From an uncultured Verrucomicrobiota bacterium (GTDB lineage: Bacteria > Verrucomicrobiota > Verrucomicrobiia > Limisphaerales > JADLHS01): 64,000 bases of DNA. A program made the position numbers and the translations under genes. The stretch is taken from the NCBI GenBank assembly GCA_903828255.1, contig CAIKLQ010000501.1, forward strand, positions 9,491-73,490, given 5' to 3'. The notes under the pieces are model-generated. The model worked only from the letters and a program-made list of their open reading frames with translations. It was not told the DNA's origin and did no database searches. Of the stretch, positions 18,033-26,143 are shown one piece after another (the stretch's first letter is position 1; every line of letters starts with the position of its first letter).

Positions 18033-19607
18033 TCAGAGATTGCGCGGTGGTGGGGGAAACGTCTCGTCCCAAGCTGCTACGACTTCGAAAGTTCTCAGGT
18101 TAATGTAATATGCTCTGGCCCGCTCCACACATACTGTTGATAAAGCAATGATTCTGATCCACTGCCCGCTAACACTAGCGACGCTGCACCGACTAACTGA
18201 ACAAAACTCATTGGAGGCGAACACCTCCGGGGCAACCAACCAAGTTTGAGGTGCAAGCAGAATGCCTTCTTTTCCCGACTCAAGCGTGGCCAAAAGGATT
18301 CCGGCATCTTCCGAAATAATTATCAGGGATTGGTATTCAGGAGCGACTATCCAATCCCCATCCCAGCCCATCCAGCCACATTTCGTTTCCCCGGATCGAG
18401 GCAGCGACTCGGCAATGAAACGGGTCTGCGTGGAGCGCGGACTTGCGGACATGTCGAACGGTAACATGCGTTGGATTTGTCCAGTCGAGTCGAGTAGCGC
18501 CCACTTGCCATCACGTTTCGCCCATGCCGTGCGCAATCGAACGTGTGGAAGGGTCAATATTTCATAGTCCGGCGGCAGCATCCATTTCCCACCAAAATCC
18601 ATCCAACCCCAGCGCTCGTTTTCTTGAACAAGCACCAGCCCTAGCTCCTCATTGAGATCTGCGATCCGGTCAAACTTGGGAGGCATCACCCACTGTCCAT
18701 CCCGGTTGAGAATCCCCGTTGGCCCAGCGTCACAACTTGCTATGCAGAGGCTTCCGCCCTGCTTGAACCAACCAGGAGGAAAACTGCCATTGATTTCGGG
18801 GCAGGCGACATGTGTGCCGTCGCGCCTGACAATGTGCCATTGTCCCCGTCCGCCAAACGTTGTTCCAACGCGAATACGACTGTTCGGGGTGTCAATTGCT
18901 TCGTCGTATGCACGCCCTTCTTTGGCCCAGGCAATTTCGCCTGCGCGCCGAGGAGCCTCCCAAGATGCAAACCTTGGGGTGATTGCCCATGATCCGTCAG
19001 GTCGAAGAAGCCCCCACGAGCCCTTCCGGCATGCCCAGAAGAGAGCGGCTTCATTGTCGAACGGGGTAATTTCTTCGAATGTCGGCGTCACAACCCATTT
19101 TCCTGTCGCATCAATCAATCCCCAATCAAGTTTCAAGCAAGCCGGTGCGAGTTTAGAAGTGGGATGGAATCGCTTTACCTCAGTGAACTGTCGCGGAATA
19201 CGCCATTCACCTTCCGGGTTAATAAAACCCACCCTAAAGCTGCTGCCGTCTTCCGCGCGCCGAGCTGCGGCCAACCCGGAAACCGGATCAAAGACGTCCA
19301 ACCAGTCAAAGGATGGGGCGATGACCCACTGACCGGCGCGGTTGACGGCGCCGAACACCCTGCCTGTCTCCGGCATGTCCGTTTTTCCGTCCTCTTCGCC
19401 CTCGGTTGTATTGAGGCTGGGAAAAATCGTCTCCGCTATAGCCAGTCCACTGGCGTCATCGAAGTCCGACAAGTGTAAGAATTGGGGTTCAATTACGATA
19501 CGTCCGCAACCATCTATCGCTCCCCATTTACCAGCACGAACAATTGGAAAACGCAAACCGCTCAAGTCCTCATTACAGACTTTGTTCGAGCTGATTTCCG
19601 TGTGCAT
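18033..19607 (-). CDS. WG-repeat (KWG-type) protein
   Basis: Repeats 'GKWGAIDGCGRIVIEPQF', 'WGLIDATGKWVVTPTF', 'WGWMDFGGKWMLPPDY'; no signal peptide evident. Confidence 0.85.
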   Translation of the reverse strand: MHTEISSNKVCNEDLSGLRFPIVRAGKWGAIDGCGRIVIEPQFLHLSDFDDASGLAIAETIFPSLNTTEGEEDGKTDMPETGRVFGAVNRAGQWVIAPSFDWLDVFDPVSGLAAARRAEDGSSFRVGFINPEGEWRIPRQFTEVKRFHPTSKLAPACLKLDWGLIDATGKWVVTPTFEEITPFDNEAALFWACRKGSWGLLRPDGSWAITPRFASWEAPRRAGEIAWAKEGRAYDEAIDTPNSRIRVGTTFGGRGQWHIVRRDGTHVACPEINGSFPPGWFKQGGSLCIASCDAGPTGILNRDGQWVMPPKFDRIADLNEELGLVLVQENERWGWMDFGGKWMLPPDYEILTLPHVRLRTAWAKRDGKWALLDSTGQIQRMLPFDMSASPRSTQTRFIAESLPRSGETKCGWMGWDGDWIVAPEYQSLIIISEDAGILLATLESGKEGILLAPQTWLVAPEVFASNEFCSVSRCSVASVSGQWIRIIALSTVCVERARAYYINLRTFEVVAAWDETFPPPPRNL

Positions 19608-19654
19608 AGCGTTGATGTTGAGCAGGCAGTTTGCGCTGTCAATCGAATACCCGT

Positions 19655-21337
19655 TTAACCAGCTCGTAAACTCTTGTTTCCGCTTTTCCGTTTCCGCTCG
19701 CGCGCCGAAGGAATCTCAAGCTCTTTGCGGTAGTTCTCAATGGTCTTTCGCGACAGGATCAGGTCTTCCTCCTTTTCAATGGCCTTGGCGAGTTGCTCAT
19801 CGCTCATCGGATGCGCGCGGTCTTCATGGCGGATGAAATTCATGATCCATTCCTTCACGATGTCCGGCAGGTAACGCACTTCCTGACCATCGGTGTTGCT
19901 GGCTTTTTCTCCGGGTGAACACAGCAGTTTGAGCGGCTTTACCTCGCCGTTCGGCAGGCGAACAAACTTGTCCTGCACGGCGCGACTGACAGTTGATTCG
20001 GAAAGCGCCTGCCCACCGAATTCCTCAAGCTCAAGTTCCGCCCCTGCGTCCGCTGGGCTAAAACATTGAAGGTCAAAACCCTTGCCTGATTTCAAAAACG
20101 GTTTTTGCCGATGGGCTAGGACGGTTGCCACGCGTAGAAGGGTCGTGCGGCGGTCCTCGCAGGCCCGGAGGAATTGCATCACATGCTCCTTACATTCCTC
20201 CTTTTGCTCCCGTTTGATCGTAAGCCCGACGATTTTGTCCTTTGCTTTCGCGCCCGCATCGCCCGGCAGATTCTTTGCCTCACGGAGTGATTCGAGTTGT
20301 TCCTTGAGGTCGTCAATATCCACAAGCAGCGTCTTGCTGATGGAGAGGTGCTCGTATCGGCTGCCGCAAAGTTCCACAGTGAAGCTCCCACCCGGCGACA
20401 GCGAAATGGCAATATCAGGACCGACTCCATCAGGTGATTGAAGGTGGTGATTCTGCCACGGCGTTACTTCCTCCTCGTGCTGGTCCACCGGATGCGGCAC
20501 GGCTTTCAACAGCCGTTGGAGTGTTTGGCGCACTTGCACTTCGTCAATCCCCAGGCGACCTGCAACCGTTTTCGATAACTCCAACGCCACGCACTCGCAG
20601 TCGGTTTGGGACATCACGGAGCTTGCCCCGGCGGTGATTTCCCGCAACTCGCCCGCTTCGACAAGCCCGGCCATGCAGGAGGCGATGCGCCATTCTGGCG
20701 TTTCGTGGCGAGCGTGGCGTTCGAGAAGCAGCCGTCTGGCATCCCAGGCATTGCGGGCAGCGACACCGACCGGTTCGCAGTGCTGGATCAGAGCGAGAAC
20801 TGCGGACAAATCCGCAACTGCCACGCCGCAGGCTTTCGCACATTCATCCATCTCCTCGGTGAAAAATCCTCGGCTGTCCAGCGCCTCCACGATGAACGCC
20901 GCGATGCGATGCCGATGTTCTGCCAAGCGGCTCTCTTTCAATTGAGCCATGATTCGCTCACGGAAATTCGCCGGCGCGGTGAGGTAATCTTCCGGCGTCC
21001 AGTCTCCGTCACTTGATACTCGCGATGTCGCGCCTTCGCTCGCCTGACCAATTTCGCCAATGAAGTCCTTGGCCTCATTCTCGCGGTCGGAAGCGGCCGA
21101 ATTTTCAGGCGAGGATTCCTCGGAAGCATCCTCGTTCGTCTCTGCATTGGCCTGCGCGTCCTGCTGCTCACCCTGCGTTGACGGAACAGCATCCACGAGG
21201 TTCTGTTCCTCCAGTGTTTCGGCCGCCGCGTCAACCTCTCGCTGCGTCATCTCCAACACCTTTAGACCCAGCACGAGTTTCTGGTTTAGGGCGAGCGTTT
21301 GCCGCTGCTTTTGGGTGTGGCGAAATCCGAGCGTCAT
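19655..21337 (-). CDS. rpoN: Divergent RNA polymerase sigma-54 factor
   Basis: Region I 'QKQRQTLALNQKLVLGLKVLEM'; 'IVEALDSRGF', 'IQHCEPVGVAARN', 'RRTTLLRVA..L..RQK.F'; HTH 'SESTVSRAVQDK'; 'ED...PMSDEQL'; RpoN box 'SRKTIENYRKELEIP'. An in-frame upstream ATG at 21442 is possible. Confidence 0.9.
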   Translation of the reverse strand: MTLGFRHTQKQRQTLALNQKLVLGLKVLEMTQREVDAAAETLEEQNLVDAVPSTQGEQQDAQANAETNEDASEESSPENSAASDRENEAKDFIGEIGQASEGATSRVSSDGDWTPEDYLTAPANFRERIMAQLKESRLAEHRHRIAAFIVEALDSRGFFTEEMDECAKACGVAVADLSAVLALIQHCEPVGVAARNAWDARRLLLERHARHETPEWRIASCMAGLVEAGELREITAGASSVMSQTDCECVALELSKTVAGRLGIDEVQVRQTLQRLLKAVPHPVDQHEEEVTPWQNHHLQSPDGVGPDIAISLSPGGSFTVELCGSRYEHLSISKTLLVDIDDLKEQLESLREAKNLPGDAGAKAKDKIVGLTIKREQKEECKEHVMQFLRACEDRRTTLLRVATVLAHRQKPFLKSGKGFDLQCFSPADAGAELELEEFGGQALSESTVSRAVQDKFVRLPNGEVKPLKLLCSPGEKASNTDGQEVRYLPDIVKEWIMNFIRHEDRAHPMSDEQLAKAIEKEEDLILSRKTIENYRKELEIPSARERKRKSGNKSLRAG

Positions 21338-21382
21338 ATTCGTTGGTCTTGGTTGTCGCGTTTTGGTTTCTGATTTTAAGAA

Positions 21383-21502
21383 GCGCGTTCTGTTGCCAGG
21401 TCGCGTGCACCCCGAGGCCGAGTCAGGCATGTCGAATGTCATTTAGGAGTCGCCCATAGTGATTTCCTTTCTGTTGGTTTTGTTGGTGGCTTGGGTCATC
21501 GA
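21383..21502 (-). ncRNA. Candidate structured leader or sRNA, copy 1, containing mini-ORF MGDS* (21457-21443)
   Basis: Predicted TSS about 21502; C/A-rich leader; GAAAGGAAA RBS; hairpin CGCG-AC-CTG-GCAA-CAG-AA-CGCG with a GNRA tetraloop. Confidence 0.5.
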
Positions 21503-21512
21503 GTGGACACTT

Positions 21513-21529
21513 AGCGAGAGTAATGCCAA
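21513..21529 (-). promoter_or_regulatory. Sigma-54-type promoter with variant -12, upstream of rpoN
   Basis: TTGGCATTACTCTCGCT, GG-N10-GC. Confidence 0.75.
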
Positions 21530-21592
21530 CCGGGAAAATTGCTCCAAGCAGAGCGCAGCGCGGCCTCTACGGTCTGGGGATCTACCTGCGCG

Positions 21593-21607
21593 GCTACGCC
21601 CGGTAGC
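21593..21607. promoter_or_regulatory. Candidate upstream activating sequence GCTAC-N5-GTAGC
   Basis: Perfect inverted repeat centred 74 bp upstream of the -24 G; identical sequence and spacing in copy 2. Confidence 0.6.
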
Positions 21608-21631
21608 AATTGCGTAATCGCTGCTACCCGT

Positions 21632-22048
21632 TCAAGCGGATGTGTCCGGCCGAAATCCGATTGGTGCTCGCCATTGCTTTGGGGCGAGACGCTTCTCGAC
21701 TGCTTTTGCCATTGCCTGCATTTGAGCCTCGTTCAGCGTCGCCAGGGTTGCGCTCATTTCTGCGGCTGCGGCGCGGTCTCCGATGCTCTGGAGCATGTCT
21801 TTCACGTCGGCAATCAAAGCCCCAGCCAGCGGCGTCCAATTACCGTCCTTTTCTCGCAGCAATGGAGCGCGCCGAGTAACCTCGCGAACCCAGCCTTCGA
21901 GCAGCCAGTTCCACTTCTTTGCAAACAGTTCCGGGTTGTTTTCGGCTAGGTCGGCCAGATAATGCGTTCTCAGTTTTTTGCGCCGTTGGCGGCGGGCCTG
22001 AGATCTCGTGCTGGCAGGCGGTTGCTTTTCTGAGGCGGATTGTTTCAT
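21632..22048 (-). CDS. Small basic helical hypothetical protein
   Basis: ATG 22048 preceded by GGAG; follows the VirD4-like gene; ends in 'PIGFRPDTSA'. Confidence 0.55.
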   Translation of the reverse strand: MKQSASEKQPPASTRSQARRQRRKKLRTHYLADLAENNPELFAKKWNWLLEGWVREVTRRAPLLREKDGNWTPLAGALIADVKDMLQSIGDRAAAAEMSATLATLNEAQMQAMAKAVEKRLAPKQWRAPIGFRPDTSA

Positions 22049-22109
22049 CGCGGCTCCGGAATCTGAGTTTATTCTATTGGCCTGTGAATGGATGGCGAGG
22101 CGGATTTCC

Positions 22110-24662
22110 TCATTTGCGGTCTTCTTTCTTGGCTTCGTTGGCTCCCATTGTCTTGGCCCAATCACGGCGAGCGACAATTGCAGCCTCCACCTCGGCGACT
22201 GGGCGCGTGTGTGCTCGTTCACGCAACTCCCAAACGACTGGATTGACCCGCTTCTGACGACCGCCCCATTTCGCAGGCAGAGTGGCGAAGACGAACGGTC
22301 GGGTTGGCCCCCGTCCCGTCATGATCCGCGCCACGGCGTGATAATTGGGCAAACCTTGCAGGTCCAAAGCACCAAATTCCGGTTGGGTGTAAAGGCGAAG
22401 TTTTTCGGCATCGGGGGCACCCACGCGAAAGGCAATCAAGCTGCCCACATTGCCGAGGACCGCCTCCATGACATTTTGCCGACCGGCGTTGGCGGTGAGC
22501 TGGCTTAGGTTCTGGTTTGCAAGGGTCAAGTGGAGGCCATACTTCCGCGCTTCGGCGAGCATGAATGCGGCCCCGTCGTTCACGAAGTTCTGGAACTCAT
22601 CCACGTAAAGATGAAAAGCGTGACGCTTATGTATGGGCACGTCAGCACGGCTCATGGCGACCGAAAAAATGCGCGAGAGAATAAAGGACCCTAGCAGTTG
22701 GGCATCGAATTCACCCAGCAAACCTTTGGGAAGTTTGACCAGCAGAATCCCCTGGCGGTTCATAATGCCCCGGAAATCAATCGTGCTCTCGGCCTGACCC
22801 ACAATCGGTCGAATGAGGGCATTGTAAGTAAATGAGTTCAGCTTGCAGGTGATGTAGGGGGCAATGTTGGCCAACGCGGCATCCCCTCCGGCCTTTTCGG
22901 CAATGTCCCTCCAAAAGCCGATGACGGTTGGGTTCTTGCAGCGCCCCAATAGAAACTGCCGATAAGCCCTGTTCTCAAAGACCAGCGACATCTCCATTAT
23001 GGTTACGGCCGGCAGATCACTTTCCAAAAGGAGCAACAATGCGTTGCGGAAATACGTCTCGAACATCGGCCCGCCAGCCTGGCGCATGTCATACATCCGG
23101 TCGAAGGTCTTTAGCAGCTCGTTGACGGCGAAGTTGATCTGCCTGCCACGACCCGGGCCACTGCATTCGAGGATATTCAGGCCAGGAGCAAAATCTGACT
23201 GCCCGGGATTAAAAAGCACGACGTCCTTCGCTCTGCTCAACGGCAGGTTTTCAACAATCTGGTCATAGAGATCGCCATGCGGATCAATCAGGCACACGCC
23301 GCGTCCTTCGCGAATGTCCTGGCGTATCATGTTGGCCAGCAGCGTGGATTTTCCCGTGCCGGTAGCCCCCAACACATACACATGGCGGCTGCGCGCGGCC
23401 TGCTCAAGGTGAACACTCTGACGCCCTGTTTCGTTTATGGTGCCAAGGAGCAAACCACTTTGATCCAATTCGGGAGAACGTAGATTGTAATGACGACGAA
23501 CTCTAACCCGTGAGAACGTCTCCAGCGTTGGAAACACAGGAGGCAAGGAAACACCGGCGGGCAGGCAGCCCTCAAGGTGCAGTTGTCTTGTGACATTCTC
23601 CGGCCTTGAACCGGCGGGTTTTGCCGAGCCGTTTGTGATCTTGGCGGCAACCACGTTCACGGCGCTGCCGAGGACTTCGGCACCGATCACGGCAAGCAAC
23701 GGCGCTAGGGCGGTCTCCTCGGCGACCGCCCTGCAATCAAGTTTTACACCTTGAGGTGATTCAACCCACCGCTTGAGTGTGGTTTCTACAGGGCCGGCGG
23801 CTGAGGCGTCCAAGTGCTGATCGGCAAGTTGGCGCTCAAGGGCCGATGGATGCCGCCTCACCCAGGTCAATGTGTCCGCCACTTGCTGTTGCTGCACGGA
23901 AGTCAGATCGAAACGCCTCAGCTTGACCGAGAGATGAATGCGGGCGGGACTGTTCGCGACGACATCAGCCACGGAGCTGAACGAACGGGTCAGCCTTGAA
24001 GGCCGGGGCAGACTGACGAGAAGGTTCCCCGCAGTCACGTCCGGCTGCGGTTGGGCGAAGCCCAATGAGGCGGTCTGTGGGACGTTGAGGAGAAGCGTCT
24101 GAGCTTCAAATGAAACACCCTGAAGCGAGTTCCACACAGGGACTAATTGCTCTTCCGCATCTCCATTCTGGAATCGCATCGCCGGTTCACTTGCCAAAAC
24201 CAAAAGGAGATTCTGGCGCAACGATGCGGCTTTGCGAGCCGCTTCCTCTTCTGAATCAGCGTCCCGTATCCAGCCGTTGATTCGCCAGCAGAATTCGTGT
24301 CCGCCGCCGCCTCCGAAAACGAACTCCACCGAGGCATCACTAATCGTCTCATGGAGCATCTTGGACAGGAGGCGCGTGGAGCTTACCGAGGTTTCACTCG
24401 AACGCCCATTGGACACGCTGCACCCGTTCAGAGCGACTCCTGACAAGTTGAAGGGAACATTCGCGCCGAATCGTCCGGTTTCCCGGTTCTCGGCGACTAC
24501 AAACCCTTCATGTTGCTTCCGAAAGCGCCATTCCGTTCGGCTTTCCTCATTCGGAGCGGCCTCCGTAAATCTTGCCGGGATGGTTGGAACGCTCTCAGGA
24601 AGTTCTCGCGACACAAGGGAGTCGGGCGGGCAACACGGCATCGTTTCAATAGTGGTTGTCAT
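22110..24662 (-). CDS. VirD4/TraD-like (HerA-FtsK superfamily) ATPase without an evident membrane anchor
   Basis: 'RHVYVLGATGTGKST', 'LIDPHGD', 'LYVDEFQNF', 'EARKYGLHLTLANQNLSQL', 'GNVGSLIAFRVG'; start ATG 24662 preferred. Confidence 0.85.
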   Translation of the reverse strand: MTTTIETMPCCPPDSLVSRELPESVPTIPARFTEAAPNEESRTEWRFRKQHEGFVVAENRETGRFGANVPFNLSGVALNGCSVSNGRSSETSVSSTRLLSKMLHETISDASVEFVFGGGGGHEFCWRINGWIRDADSEEEAARKAASLRQNLLLVLASEPAMRFQNGDAEEQLVPVWNSLQGVSFEAQTLLLNVPQTASLGFAQPQPDVTAGNLLVSLPRPSRLTRSFSSVADVVANSPARIHLSVKLRRFDLTSVQQQQVADTLTWVRRHPSALERQLADQHLDASAAGPVETTLKRWVESPQGVKLDCRAVAEETALAPLLAVIGAEVLGSAVNVVAAKITNGSAKPAGSRPENVTRQLHLEGCLPAGVSLPPVFPTLETFSRVRVRRHYNLRSPELDQSGLLLGTINETGRQSVHLEQAARSRHVYVLGATGTGKSTLLANMIRQDIREGRGVCLIDPHGDLYDQIVENLPLSRAKDVVLFNPGQSDFAPGLNILECSGPGRGRQINFAVNELLKTFDRMYDMRQAGGPMFETYFRNALLLLLESDLPAVTIMEMSLVFENRAYRQFLLGRCKNPTVIGFWRDIAEKAGGDAALANIAPYITCKLNSFTYNALIRPIVGQAESTIDFRGIMNRQGILLVKLPKGLLGEFDAQLLGSFILSRIFSVAMSRADVPIHKRHAFHLYVDEFQNFVNDGAAFMLAEARKYGLHLTLANQNLSQLTANAGRQNVMEAVLGNVGSLIAFRVGAPDAEKLRLYTQPEFGALDLQGLPNYHAVARIMTGRGPTRPFVFATLPAKWGGRQKRVNPVVWELRERAHTRPVAEVEAAIVARRDWAKTMGANEAKKEDRK

Positions 24663-24804
24663 GGGGAAAATGGTGGGTGAATCGTTTTGTTGAATTGAAG
24701 GGCTTGATACAGGGAAGAACACACTCCACCTGTTCAAACGGGGCCACACAAGAAGGGGCACCCTTCAGACCAACACAAATGTGCTTACGGATTAAAAGGG
24801 GGTT

Positions 24805-24821
24805 AGCGGCGGTCGTTCCAT
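24805..24821 (-). promoter_or_regulatory. Sigma-54-type promoter with variant -12, upstream of the VirD4-like gene
   Basis: ATGGAACGACCGCCGCT, GG-N10-GC. Confidence 0.6.
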
Positions 24822-24909
24822 TTGCGCAAACAACTGAACTCCGGTTCGAAATCGTATCCAAGAGTCTGAACGAGGAACGCCAATGAAATCGGCGCGAAGA
24901 ATGTGAGAT

Positions 24910-25027
24910 GCGCGTTCTGTTGCCAGGTCGCGTGAACCCCGAGGCCGAGTCAGGCGTTGCGCGTTAATTATTAGTCGTTCATAAAGTTTTCCCTTCTGTT
25001 GGTTTGGTTGGAGGCTTGGAACACCGA
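24910..25027 (-). ncRNA. Candidate structured sRNA, copy 2, containing mini-ORF MND* (24982-24971)
   Basis: Predicted TSS about 25027; RBS GAAGGGAAAA; same conserved core; the downstream gene has its own promoter. Confidence 0.5.
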
Positions 25028-25037
25028 GTGGACACTT

Positions 25038-25054
25038 AGCGAGAGCGATGCCAA
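25038..25054 (-). promoter_or_regulatory. Sigma-54-type promoter with variant -12
   Basis: TTGGCATCGCTCTCGCT. Confidence 0.75.
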
Positions 25055-25116
25055 CCCGATAATTTGTTCGAGAGCGCCCTTCTGCGTCCATTTCGCGCAC
25101 CAAATCTCTCGACCTC

Positions 25117-25133
25117 TGCTACGCCCGGTAGCA
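25117..25133. promoter_or_regulatory. Candidate UAS TGCTAC-N5-GTAGCA between divergent sigma-54 promoters
   Basis: Perfect inverted repeat, about -98 from the leftward TSS and about -126 from the rightward TSS. Confidence 0.6.
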
Positions 25134-25223
25134 ACCGTGTAATCGGCGCTATCCACCAAGCCCCATCAAGCAGACGAGAGTTGCTTCGCGCATGCCCAAG
25201 CCAAACCCACGCGCCTTCAACAA

Positions 25224-25240
25224 GTGGCACAAGCGCCGCT
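25224..25240 (+). promoter_or_regulatory. Sigma-54-type promoter with variant -12 for the rightward operon
   Basis: GTGGCACAAGCGCCGCT; the -12 C is 17 nt from ATG 25256. Confidence 0.75.
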
Positions 25241-25255
25241 TGAATTGATTCGTGC

Positions 25256-26143
25256 ATGAACACTCCAACCCGATCAGCCGAACCAACGATTCGTTGCATG
25301 GACTGCGGTCGCAAGAACGATGCGAGCGAAAGCGTCTGCGAGTTTTGTGGTGCGACACTTCGTTCGAGCCAATCATCGTTCGCCGAACCTCCCGGCGGCA
25401 ACAGTGCTGGAGTGCGCCCCAGCCTGCCTCCGCCGCTTTTCTCGGCTAACGCCGTATCGCCAGTCTTCCCGTTCTCCGGGCCGTTGACCCGCTCCTCATC
25501 GGAGCTGGAGTCCATCTCCGCTAAAAACGAGGACCAGCGGGTTACGGGCGCGGAACTGAGCGGGCGCGTGATTGCCGCCGAGCCGGTCGTTCATGAGCAG
25601 CCCGATTTCGACTGGTGCAAGCTCGTGACCCGCCTCCTCTGGTTTCTGTTGCTGGTCGTTTCGCCCTTCGTTCTGCTGCGCACGGTGCTCGTCCACTTGG
25701 GGGCATTGCCGGTTGTCTTCGCCGTCGTGGGATTCCTGTTCCTGCTCCGGTTTTTCAGTCCCACGAATATTATTTCGCTACTTCATCTTCACATGCTTTT
25801 GAATCCGCTTCGTCGTAACGAGGCCGAGCAAGTTCCCGTCCGCTACTTTCGCGTCCGTGATACTCAGGAGCGGGAGTGGGTTGTGCGGATGAAGGGACAG
25901 GTCAACGGTGGCAACATTGCGCCCGATGACTTGATTTCGGCCTGGGGCAGATGGCGCAGCGGCACGCTTTCCCTGACGCGCGCTTACAATCACCGAACGC
26001 AGAGCTACGCCTCCATCAGAAGTTCGCAATCGTGGATCATGCTCACGGTAACGGTGGGGGTGATCCTGTTCCTCGGCATATACTTCTACGATCCGCTCCA
26101 CGCGATGTGGCAGATGATGCACCGGATGGGAGGTTCACAGTGA
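25256..26143 (+). CDS. Zinc-ribbon membrane protein with an OB-like beta domain
   Basis: 'CMDCG...CEFCG'; about three hydrophobic segments; beta-rich 'VRYFRVRD...VVRMKG..GG.IAPDD.I.AWG'. Confidence 0.7.
   Translation: MNTPTRSAEPTIRCMDCGRKNDASESVCEFCGATLRSSQSSFAEPPGGNSAGVRPSLPPPLFSANAVSPVFPFSGPLTRSSSELESISAKNEDQRVTGAELSGRVIAAEPVVHEQPDFDWCKLVTRLLWFLLLVVSPFVLLRTVLVHLGALPVVFAVVGFLFLLRFFSPTNIISLLHLHMLLNPLRRNEAEQVPVRYFRVRDTQEREWVVRMKGQVNGGNIAPDDLISAWGRWRSGTLSLTRAYNHRTQSYASIRSSQSWIMLTVTVGVILFLGIYFYDPLHAMWQMMHRMGGSQ

Larger units (their letters stand above)
21383..21629 (-). repeat. Regulatory cassette copy 1 (palindrome, sigma-54 promoter, leader, mini-ORF, structured core)
   Basis: Colinear with 24910-25154; the 46-nt core 21383-21428 is identical at 45/46 positions. 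Confidence 0.9.
24910..25154 (-). repeat. Regulatory cassette copy 2
   Basis: Homologous to 21383-21629. Confidence 0.9.

Noticed and set aside
21383-21428. Conserved core as a hammerhead or HDV-like ribozyme, tmRNA or SRP fragment
   Set aside because: It lacks CUGANGA/GAAA, the nested double pseudoknot, tRNA-like ends and the SRP helix-8 motif; left as unassigned RNA.
22110-24662. Complete conjugative ICE
   Set aside because: No relaxase, VirB core genes, integrase or att sites recognised in this window.
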